Origin: Styela clava
Taxonomy: Eukaryota
NCBI RefSeq assembly: GCF_964204865.1
Contig: NC_135256.1
Location: 19,778,001-19,842,000 of the forward strand
Direction: 5' to 3'
Length of the DNA stretch: 64,000 nt
In this document: positions 10,480 to 22,500 of the stretch, in pieces
Numbering within the stretch: position 1 is the first letter of the stretch
How the letters are laid out: the number at the start of each line of letters is the position of its first letter
The notes under the pieces: generated by a model
What the model was told of the DNA's origin: nothing
Seen by the model: only the letters and a program-made list of their open reading frames with translations
The model's database searches: none
Translations under genes and position numbers: made by a program

Positions 10480-12874
10480 TTATGGTTCGGGAAAAGAACA
10501 CACCACACCATACGTAAGATGAGTCGCATCGGCGTTCACATAATCAAATACGTGCCGTTTCTCCACGTACAGATACACTTTGTTCCAGTTTTTTTGGTAA
10601 GGTGCATTCAATAATCCAAAATAAAAAAAACTACCGTACGCGTCTCTCGGAGTTAGTATGCCGGTCTGAAAACAAAAATGAATCTTACGATGGTGAAACC
10701 ATTGTCTGAATATTTTCAGTAAAATCACAAAACGCATTCAAATTTCATCGAAAAAGTGAATAATGCCCCTCCAGGCTGTATATCATAGGCCAATCGATTT
10801 TTTTTTTTACCTTTGTTAAAAATATATGAACAAACGATATAATTTTTGATAAACGAATTTTATACCATTGGGTCGATCGTCACTCCCATCCACACGCTAG
10901 TCCACTTTCGATAAGAAGGCTCTCTCGGGCGGATTTTATTTGATATCAATAACATTATGTCGGCATTCGGAATGACAGCTATTTGCATTGACATCTGCTT
11001 GCAAATATCAACTGCTTTGAAATAGTCAACTTCTTGTTTGCGACGAACTTCTACCCAATAGCAAATTCCATTGAAACTGGTTATGCAATACTCTAAGAAA
11101 AAAAAAATCGAAAATACAGAGGTCCGAAGATGGTGTGTTAGGAATTGCAAAAGTAAAAAGAATAATAGAAGAGAATAATAAGATAGGATTTATATAATTT
11201 CGACTGAAGCAGTATAAAATTCAATTTATTCCAATTGCAACTTATTTCAGGGGTAAAAATGAACATCGAGTTCAATTTTGGATTTTTCGTAATAAGCTGT
11301 AGTTTGTAAGCTGCGCAGATATTCCAAGATGATATTGGACACGAAATGTACACATGGATCGACTTGTTATTACGGTGACGTTATAATTCTTATCCATGTT
11401 CTAGTTGTTATTAAAAAAATTCTTTTGTCATTAACTACTGATGGGCTAATTGCTTTGACATTTTCGTGGTTATAGGTTTTAATTTTTGCTAGAGGGCTAT
11501 AACTTTTATTTATTTCAGATATTTTTGTGGACTCTATGGGATTCGTTCCTTTGTTTGCGATGACGTCATAAAATAAATAAATGCACACCATTGGGCGGTT
11601 ATGCGTTTTCGTCCATGATCGTTGCGTACTGGTGATCACTCGAAGTCAAGAAGATTTCGGTAGCCTACTTCTACCGTACCGGTAATGTGAAGGATTATGT
11701 AATACGTTTTTGCTCTCGTGCCCATATATTTGAGCATCACTCTCTTGTTACTTAATGCGATTTTGTTACTTATCGATCTTAAGATCGGTAAGTATATTGA
11801 TAGGTATTTGTCTGTATGTATGTCTGTCTGTATGTATGTCTGTATGTATGTCTGTCTGTTAGATGCACGCGATATCTCACGAAAGCGAGATTGAATCTGC
11901 TCCAGATTTTGCATGTGCATTCATCTTATCTCGGACCAGTAGCCTATTGATTTTGGGCGAATTATGTCGTATAATTAGCGAGTTATCAATCAATTATTGA
12001 TATAGTGATCTAGATTTTTGTAAACCGAGAGAATTTTGAAACCCGCCGAGTGTGTGTGTGCGATGCGCAGTGCGCGAGTTACAAGAGCGGATGAATCGAA
12101 ACTGCAGTTTCTGTTTTGGGGGATCCCCTAACTATCGATCGATAAGTCTTCGGTTTCCAACCGATATTCTCGTTTTCTTATCGTTATATATTCAATGAAA
12201 ATTTCACTAAGCAACGGTTTGGCACTTCATATGGAAATTCTGATCACGTTCATATCTACTCCTATGCATTTTCGCGATACCAAGTTATTGTTTTAGTTAC
12301 CAAAACAAAGATATTTTCAAGATCAAATATGAGTAACGGCGTATAATCTTTTTTCCTTCTGGTAATTAGAGTTTTTCAAACTGACTTGGTCAGACTGATC
12401 ACCTCTTTTAAGTAAAGGAAAGAAATTCAACAACTAATCCTGTTTCAGATGCGAATAGGCAGACATTTTAATGTTAAAACCATCAGCAAGGCATTGAACA
12501 TGGGTTGATGTCTTAAGCGTTAAAACACTTTGAGATGCAAACATTAATATATTTGTACTCAGTAAAGTATAACTTTGCTCAAATCTCCACCATTGCAAAA
12601 GTAACTTCGTGCAGCAACATTCGCGCTGAAGATCGTTTTTGCAGAATGTACATTTTTCACAAATAAAACTGTTCTCGCATGCTGTTCCTTGCCGCCAAAG
12701 CCATGATATTGCATAAAAAAATGTAGTTATACCACTTACCTGACAAGTCAGGTGGTGCCCCTACAGCTCCATCACCCTTTCCTTTAGGAAGCAAAACAAC
12801 CAACAACGCAATCAAAACGGCCACTAGCACCAGTGCGATAATTACTCCAACCACGATCTTTTTTCGCTTCGATG
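10480..12874 (-). CDS. Type II transmembrane C-type lectin-like protein; exons 12874-12740 (TM), 11092-10866, 10665-10480; first exon probably within 13000-13270 but unresolved
   Basis: KRKK followed by the hydrophobic IVVGVIIALVLVAVLIALLVVLL; CTLD-like CITSFNGICYWV...AVDIC...VWMGV...GVVC; GT-AG junctions in matching phases (1,0); TAA at 10482-10480. Confidence 0.8.
11762..12176 (+). mobile_element. Non-autonomous Helentron (DINE-1/HINE-like) in the lectin intron
   Basis: 5' subTIR ACTTATCGATC with adjacent inverted copy GATCGGTAAGT; (GTCT/GTAT)n microsatellite 11808-11858; 3' subTIR GATCGATAAGT 12137-12147; hairpin TCGGTT-tcc-AACCGA 12150-12164; T-rich flanks. Confidence 0.85.
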
Positions 12875-14854
12875 CTGAAAAATTTTGTTGAATTACGAAT
12901 AACATTAAGGTTGCTAATTTTGATATTGTGTCGATTGCATATACATGTGTATCAAAGGCTGAACATGAAAATGTGAAATTAAAACTGACTTTGAATTTAC
13001 GTTCACGAATAATAAAGCAAGTTTTGTCTCTGTTTCCTGGGGTATGCACGTATCAAGTTCAGAAAGTTTGGCAAATGAAAAATACAATGTAAACGTGCAT
13101 ACTTCTCTTCCTTTGTTCATTTTTATTAGTCAAAGTGCTGGGTTACAATATCATAGTCTTGTATTTTTTGGAAACAACTTTGACTTCCGTACAGTCTTGC
13201 TAAAATATTGTTTTTGAACAATGCTCGTCTTTTTCTTCACCTGATTAATGAATTCCTTCGAAGTCATTGTATATACACAATTAAAAATTTAAGTAAGTGT
13301 CTCCTAACAATCTTTCTTGATTTTGTAAGTTTCGAAAAATATGTCCCAACTTCTCTGAATTGCTAAAGCTCAACGGACCGCGTACGATGACAGTATGGGA
13401 CACAATAGCATAGCAGTTATATATAAAATAGATTGATAAACGAATCAACAATCATATAGTTTAAATGTAATGTATTTGCTTTTGTAATTACAGTATTGCA
13501 CAATGAACAAACAGCAGTTTATCATCAGCAATCGATAACACACTGCATTTCGATTGACTACATGCAAACTTTTGTGTATACTAATTGATCTATTCTAATA
13601 TGTAATGTATTTACCGCTTTCAGCTGGGTTTGATCCAATGTGTCCGTTGACACTCAGTTTCGATGGTCGATGCTCCAATGTTATTGCTCTACGCCAGCTT
13701 CCTTTAATTTCGTCGTCAACATGTTTCCTATTCGATGTCATGGTTGTTACAGAAATTGGGAAATGGAAACGTACAACTTCCTTGAGGACAACTTTCAAAT
13801 GTGTTATGAACAGTGAAGCAAATATGTTTGGTACTTTCACTAAGTTTAGCAATCCACTCCACTTACAGCAATCATTTTACATTAGCACCCTTTGAGGCAT
13901 GTTCATCCAATATCCCAACTTAACTATCTTAATATATGCTATTATCCATCATTTACTTTATTTGGTTTCTCTTTCCACCGCAGTTTTCATGTATACTGCA
14001 AATATATCACACAATTTGTTCTAGCAAATACTGTCGATATATTAATACTTAAAGGTTATTCTCAAGCATAAAAATGTACTAATAGTAATTTGTTATAGCC
14101 ATATTTGTTTTTACCTAATTTAATTTCAAACTGCGTACAATAGACAGAAATTCTGGCTCAAGTGACGCAGAAATTACATCCAGTATTTTTGAATAAATGA
14201 GTTTTTTAAAGGAAGTGAATTGAACGTGTGATAAAATATCGACATGTCAATAAAAAAAAAGAATGCGGCTAGGTTAACCGGTTCAGACCAGGCCTTGAAA
14301 AATAGAAGCTGAAAGAAATATTGACTGCTCGACAAGTGTCAAATGCGATTGGCTGATGTGCTATTCAATTTAGTGGATTTGAATCCACACCAGGTCGACT
14401 GACCCGCAGAGCAAAATTACCAAATGTATTAAATAGTTGAGACGTGCTTGTCAATTCGCCGGTCTATTTCAAATGTGTATGATTCCATCAGCGCAAACTT
14501 GTCCAATCGTGTTTTGGTCCATTTTCACGTGACTAAATTTATTTCGGGCACGAACGATTTTACCAAACCTAACTGCTGATAAGATTGACTAGAATAGCAT
14601 CCATTCATAAATCTTACATACGATATGATCCTTCAGAATGTTACATACTATACCTTATTACTCGGTTTGATGTTTCGCAATTTACAAAACGGTCCACTAA
14701 GTTGTTCAACTTACGCTTTTTAATATAACACGTAGTTACGTGAAAAAAAAGTGCATCTCAGTCAGGACGCAAGACATATCGCATGAGAGATAGGGACCTG
14801 GCATGTAACAGGCCAAATCACGAAACATATTTCAGCTCACAAAACGGAAAAGAA

Positions 14855-14973
14855 GTCAGAAACCGGATCATATGAAGATCCTCCCCCTAAACTAACTATG
14901 TTTATATGATCTAGCCTGAGGGAGGGGTTGGATCTTCATATGATCAAGGGTAGATGGGAGGATCCGACCTGAC
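14855..14973. repeat. Small palindromic MITE-like element
   Basis: Perfect 16-bp inverted repeat GATCATATGAAGATCC (14866-14881) / GGATCTTCATATGATC (14930-14945), plus outer GTCAG..CGGATC / GATCCG..CTGAC ends. Confidence 0.55.
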
Positions 14974-16569
14974 CAATGACCACCACATAAAGATTCTCCT
15001 TCTCGTAATAATAATGAACTAAAGAATGAACAAATTTCTAAGATAGAAATATTTTGCTTGGATATTCAAATTTATCAATATCTCATGGGCGAGACAAATT
15101 CATGACAAGTTTATTATGGCTTGCTGATAAAATCGGTTGTATGGTGATTTTTCTTCCAAAATTGACTTATAATTCACCCAGATAGCCTCCATGTTACGTT
15201 GTTTGTTGAATGTGTTTTAGTCACGCTTTCATTCTGAAAGTACCAATGACTTCGAAGGAACCATCGCAGTGTTATGTTTGATAAGGAATAATGCAATGAT
15301 GTTTTATTAAAATGATATCCATTGGTATACTCAAAATATTGCTTATCATACCAACATATTAAATAAACTTCGAAACATCCCAAGCAGTGGAAAAAATTGA
15401 GCGAAACCAAAGATGCCTCTAAAACTGTGACCATTTAAATACAACAAACCCAGGTTTGTTACGAATTGGGAAAGCTGCAAAATCCGGGAAGATCATCTAA
15501 GAGGCGTCCTGATTGATATGGTAACTAACAACGCTACTGCGTCAAGCAATTGTTATATATATTATCTGGATCAACTGTATTTTTTATAGAATCAAGCTGT
15601 ATTTTTTTAAATTGCTTCAAATCGGTTTGACTTTGATTCGAATATCTTCATTTCGAAATTCTGTAAACTACACCCCTACACTTGGCACTTTAGTGGTAGC
15701 CCATAACTTCACTCAGAAATCGATGTCGTTTATTTCTGAGTGAGTGTCCGTGTCCTTGCTATGAGTAAATTTGTTTGAAAAGGGTGCATGTAGCATAGGT
15801 GTAGCTTGGGGGACCATGATCCACGAAATTTTCAACTTTTTTTAAAAAGCGATTTTGCGGCATTTACAGTAGCACACAAATTCGTACGCCTTTCTGTCAA
15901 CACCATTTTGCTCTATTCTCGATCGATTCATAGATAACCCGATATGTGTACGTTCACTGTCAATAATCCTTCATTCAAACGAACCAACCGAAATTGATGA
16001 AAATGCGCGGTTTTATAGCTTGGATAACTTCGACAACAAAAGCAAGTCTGTGGAGAAATTTTTTAAGATATTGTTAAATATCAATGATTACTTTTATCTG
16101 GCCTTTTTCGGAGCTAAAAACGCGAGTGAGTGTACAACAAAAAATTGTCCCTCCCTCCCCTTCCCCTTTTGAACTGGCTACGTTCTGAAATCATGTAGGT
16201 TTGTATTCATGAATTTAAACTTTAAAGTTACCGGTATGGAGATGGATGTTTTAGAGAAAATTTGCTAGGGTCAAGGGTCGCGAAAACATCCACTTGATAT
16301 AAATTCGCATTTTTTCTAGGGTCAAGGGTCGGGAGACCTCCATTCTGTAACAACTGTGTCTTGTCGGAAACCATCCTAAGGGTTGTGGATGAGATTTGTC
16401 CTGTTTTCAGGTTGACTTTCCGCGGTGTTTGAGGACGATGGGCTACACTCTGGCATTTGTTCTTATACGCATCATATGTGAAATAAAATTGTTTTGAAGC
16501 AATAAAGAATTAGCAATACAAAATACAGGAAGTTCCAAATTCTGAAATTGTGAATTTACTGCATTGAAA

Positions 16570-19500
16570 ATGCCTTTCAAGCGACTAACATGTCTTGCCT
16601 CGCCCGAGGAAGGAGGTAAGTCCCTTAAGTATTAACACATTTATGATTTTAGATAATTTCAGACAAATATACTGCTGTATATTGTACTGGCAGATGTCTA
16701 GATACAGAGATACGAACACATTCCTGCAATCCGAAACTGTCATGTCTGCACTTGCAGATTTGGCAGCTTGATGAAAACATGGCTTCTCCTTAATACTGTA
16801 ATACAGTGTGTATTACTGTATTATAGTCTAGTTCTGTTGTGCAATAGATTTATTCAGGTATTCCACACCAATTACAAAAATAAGTTTTCTCTCAATTTGA
16901 TTGAGTCAATTTGTTACGAAAACCAGCCGAATATTAACAATATGTCTATCAGTTCTCCTAACTTGTATATTTTCATTGTTTTATTTAATTTGTTTAGGAC
17001 ACAAAGGTCGGCGCCCTTTGCCAGAAGAAAATATGCAGATTGTTCCAGTTGATAAAGAACCTGAAATACCTGGTCAGTATCTCTAGAAGAAATTGACATA
17101 TTCAAAACCTCTGAATAACTTCTCACTTTGATACATGGCTCTTTAAAGTTTGAACTGATGTTTTGTTTGGATACCGCCCTACAGCTTCATCCCTCCATAA
17201 CATCATAAATATATACAAGATGTTTTATGTCTTACTAAATATGTCATAAATGAGAAAAATGCTAGCATATAATGTTATAATGTGTGACAAATCTGTTATA
17301 TCATTTATCTGTTAATTGTATCATTTAAGAAATATAAAATTAAATAAAATTTGTTGTCTTCAGAAAATGAAAAAGGAACTTGTTCGATTGTTTTAAAGAA
17401 AAGTGAGGGAGTGGGAATGGGATTAACAGTTTCTGGAGGATCTGATAAGGGAGGCAGACCGAAGATATCGAATATGCGATCTACTGGGATAGCTGCAATG
17501 TATGATTTATCATTATTCGATTAAACTGTTTTGATTTGTCAAATGTGTAAAATTGGGTTGCATTGTTATATTTTTTCGTAGTTTTGTCATTTGAATATTT
17601 GAATCCTGTATTTACAAACAAGAATTCAGATATAAAGGAATTTTAAAACCTTCCAAACAAAATCATGTTTTGTGTTAAAAAGAGTAGATTAAAATAAAAT
17701 CACATTAGAATTGTACAAAATTAAACAGTTTTTTTTTTATGTTTCAATCTTCCTCGCTTAACAATTTTTTTTAAATTTTTTTTCCATAATTGGCTTACAG
17801 GAGTGACTTGCTACAAACGAGTGATTACATAGTGTCTGTAAATGGTATAAAGACCGGAAAAATGAGACACGGAGAGATTATAAGTTTATTGAAAAATGTT
17901 GGACAAACTGTTACCTTGGAAATTGAATATCATCTTCCTCCAACAAGTAGGCAGATTTTATCATATTGGTATACATCGAACAGTTTTCATATATATTTCA
18001 TGTTATTTACATCCTGGCTTAGTGGTTATTATTAGGGCATTAAACTTAACTATCCCTGGTTCAAATCCCATGCTGACCACCTCACTCACAGTGTAATAAA
18101 TTGAGTAGGCCATGCCGTACTACAAAGATTCTGACCATTCCAATAAATAGTAACCTCGTGAATATCATTAAATATTAGTGGTTGTTTGTGCAGAGACTTG
18201 TTCAGAGTGAAGCACATTGCTAAGCTTCATTTAAAAATAGATGCATTCTAAATTTAGATGCTGAATTTGAATTTTGTAACTGGAATGGTAGATAATACAG
18301 TATGTATTATACCGTTTTAATAAATTTTAAAATAATAATTTCTTGGAAATAATATGAAGCAAACATTATGTTTTGAATTGAGCCTAGCTCAAAAAAATAA
18401 AACAGCTTCCTTGGTATTTTGGTTTAAATTTTCGTAAATTCAGATATATAAAGTATATCATTGTTTCAAAATAATTTAATTTTCAACCACAATGGTGGCT
18501 TCTAACTCATTCTCATCAGCTGCCCACTTTCGCAAATAGAAAAGGAATTTACAAAATTTCAAATTATTTTTATTCAAAAATTTGCTATTCACATAAAAAT
18601 ATAGCATATTTTATATTACATTATGAGCCAGCATTTTATGTAAAAATTTGCTGATCAAATATACTCTTTTCAAAACTCTCAAATATCTTTATATCTGTGA
18701 AGATGTCCAGACACCAACAATCTCACAAAGAACAATTGATATCATATTAACAAAGGAAGATGCTGGTTTTGGTTTTGTGGTGAGAGGAGGACACGATGAA
18801 GATAAAATGAAAACTCGGTCGCTTGTGGTTACACACATCCGTCCTGGGAGTGCCGCAGACAAGTTCGTATTCTCAAATTATATTCAAATGCTAATTTATC
18901 ATGTTGTTTAGCTTACCTAATTCATCTAACTGTTATTAAGAGCATTCATATCATGTTAATGGCTTTTCTCTTTATATTGTAAGTAATATTGAATAGAACG
19001 GCATATTGTCTAAAAGTAATCAAGCTTTTGTTTTTTGAGCCAGGTCTATCTAGTCACCCATGCAGAATATAAGTAATTTGAACAACAGCTTGTTTAGAAA
19101 CTTTCATAGAGCAAACACATGATGTGATACGGTGATACCCCAGTAGTCGAAATTAAAAGTGTCTCTCTCTCAGAGGAGATTATTACTTTGATAATTTTTC
19201 CTTGATAGTCTTTCCTGGAGCTCAGATTCAAATGCTTTCAGATTTCAGTTTTTCCAACAATAGTAGTTGATTTCCTATATAGTACAGGGGTGGCCAACAC
19301 ACATGTCTGTGTGAGTCTTGTTCACAGTGCTGGTGCCAGGTGTAAAACGAGTGTTTCAAGAATATTATTGTGCCTTGCTATTTTGTTGAAATCAATCACA
19401 TTAGCATTTTTTTCATTTCAGAGATGGAACGGTGAAAACAGGAGATAGATTGAAATGTATAAATTCGATGCATTTATATCAAGCTACATTAGAAGAAGTA

Positions 19501-22500
19501 AACGAAATGTTAAAAAATACTCCCAAGTCTACTACGTTTACTTTCGAATATGATGTGTCTGTCATGGGTGAGATTTTCTTTTAAATACTTCTACTACAAA
19601 TTCAGTTTTCTTGAAAGTGAAAATTTCAATTTCCTCTTCGTGGAGGAAATCTTGTCTCAGTCAAAAGGGGTATGTATCCAAACTCGTAATAGAACTAAAA
19701 TAAGGAAAATCGGAATAAAATTATGGTCCAACCCTAACCTGGTACACACACTACGAAATACCTTAAAATATATTTCAAAGAGTTACTATTTTGTTTTCAA
19801 ATGCCTTATTTGATTGTCGAACCTAGCAGACTTTAATAGCCTAACAGTAACTACACATATCCTATATGTAGATTAGTTGTAATCAAATTGTAATTTTGTT
19901 CTCAGATGCAGTAAACAATGCATCTGGTCCACTTTTGGTTGAAATATCAAAGACTCCAGGCTGTAATTTGGGACTTATATTGACTACTTCTATACGAAGG
20001 AAAAAACGAGTCATCTGTATTGAAAAAATCCTTCCTGCAAGTATCGCAGACAGGTACAGTTAAGACTCGTTAAACAAAGTCATGCAAAGAAATATTTTTT
20101 ATAAGTCATGAAATATGAATTAAAAAATTGATTTTATGTATCGAGCACTTTTTTTTTATTTAAACTTTTGTTTCAGTCCCTAATCCCTATCCATTTTGAA
20201 TAAAAGATCTTGTGTGATTTTTGTTAAATAGAATTCATTAAAATTTCATGACCAGATTTTGTATCGTATAATGAGATTCAAAATTGAGGTATAAATTGGA
20301 TTCAGTCCTTCATATCAGAATGGATAATAGTCTTTATTTGCAGTTGCATTTATCACAGAAAACATTGAGTACATTTGTGTTTTAATGAGTTTTTATATTT
20401 CAATTTTTGGTTCTTACAATTATTTAGTTTGTCTTCTTAACTCACTTCAGTTGGTATGTTGGGCGTAACTTTTTAAGATTATTAAATATTCAATCCCTTG
20501 TCTCAATTGTCAGCGTCGGCCTTCGGGCCCAAGCCCACTAATCAATTGGGTAAAATCAAATAATGTGTGGATTCCATTTGTGACGTGGGTTAAAGTCCCT
20601 AATTCAAGATTTGCGAGTCAAGATGATTTGCATATGATTCGGATCTAATGTCTGAGAAATTTCAAGTCTCAAGTTGAGATGAGTCACTTACTGCACTCCT
20701 GAGTCAAAATCATGTCGAATCACCGCCTTAACTCGAATCAATCCTAGTATGAATAGTGGATTTCATTAATACAATAAAATGGATAGCCATATCATTATAT
20801 TATTGTGGCAAGTCTCTTTGATTCTCAGTATAGTCAGTTTAAATCCAGTCATTTCGGTTAAATCACTTCAGCCTATGGATATTTTGAAAAGGCCATTGAG
20901 AGTCCAACACTTCATAAGTACATGCTTACCCAAGTTCTTAGCCTTTCCTTTATCCTCGGTTCACGAAACCTCTTATGAAAATTTAGTGTTTCAAAATTTC
21001 TAACCATTTTAATTGATACCTGTTTATCTTTCGATAGTTTTGTTAGTTTTATACTTCTTCATTTAATAGATGTGGAGCATTGAGGATTGGAGATCAGTTA
21101 TTATCAATTGATGGAGTGAGTTTGGATATCAATACAATATCATTAGAAGATGCAAGCAAGATGTTGTTATCAAATTCGGATAATGTTAGAATTGAAATTT
21201 TACCTATCGCACAACTTTCTATCGAAGCACCAAAGAATTTAAATTGTAAGTCTGAATTTAGTTCAGAGCTTTGGCTTATATCATTATCAAATATGTTTCA
21301 TAGATGGTTGATTTTTGTCCACTCGATTTACAGTATTTTACTAACATAATCCTTAAAGCTATTTTAGCAATGTTGACATTTTGAAGTTGGATTATAAAAT
21401 TAACATTTTTGAATGAGCTTTTGCATTACAGGGTTCATGTGATCAATGAACTGTTATGATTATAAGCTAATAAAGCTATTATTCAATTTTATCATTTACC
21501 GAGCATGGATGACTGAAATGAGGCTTTGAATAACATATATTTAGTGAGGCCAAGCAACTAAATTACATTACTTTTATATTCCAGTATTTTTACTTCATAT
21601 CGGTATATTATGTTATGTATATGTTTTCAGATTATATTCAGTTAGGGATTCGGCAATAATTAAATAGATTTCTCAGTAAAAATAACATAATTATTTTTTA
21701 TTATCTGCTATCCATTGGAGTTCTGTGGACCAACTGACTACTTATCATTCTTATATACCGTACTTTTGCTTACATTCTGCATTTTCAAATCTGGTTCATG
21801 TTTGGCCAAGGAATTCCCCATTTTTGTCAGACAAAACAACACAAAAGTACCGTAACTTACATTAAGCAAGATTTCGGAATAATAATCCCTTTAGTTTGAA
21901 AATTACGTTACTTATATACCAATAGGCTAGTTTGCTGAAAAATACTGAATTCACTGTCTCATACATATTTTCATTTTTCATGATTGTCTTTAATTGAACT
22001 GCCTTCAAGTCTTGTGTCAATTGGGATTCATTATTGCGTAATACACCACCACAAATAAATTTTTATAGTTTCAGTAGCCATTGGTAAATGAGTCTTCTAT
22101 ATTTCTGAGTGAGCGTGTGTGACCCTGCTTTATGCAAATTATTTTGAAAAAGTCTAATTATACCACAAACTGCAATAAATATGTCATGACGCTTACTGAA
22201 ATGTAACTTTCCAAACTCACTCATAAGTGGGGAAATGAGAAGCACTTATCACTTGACTGTGAGATAGAAGGCAAAAGGAAGTCCGAAGTCCTATTGACAG
22301 CTGTGCAAATACAAACTATTATTGTATTTTCCTAACTTAGTTTGATACATGTAATATTAACAATGATCACTTTTTTACCAGTCAACAGATTTGCACCAAC
22401 GATAACCAGTGCACAATCATTATCTGCGTTGAATCATTTTCCTCGATATCCACATTCACATCGATCACTCGCAACATCTACTTTACGAGGAAGCACAAGT

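Noticed and set aside
15710-15742. 11-bp inverted repeat CACTCAGAAAT/ATTTCTGAGTG as a terminator or ncRNA
   Set aside because: Eukaryotic intergenic context and isolated; no supporting features.
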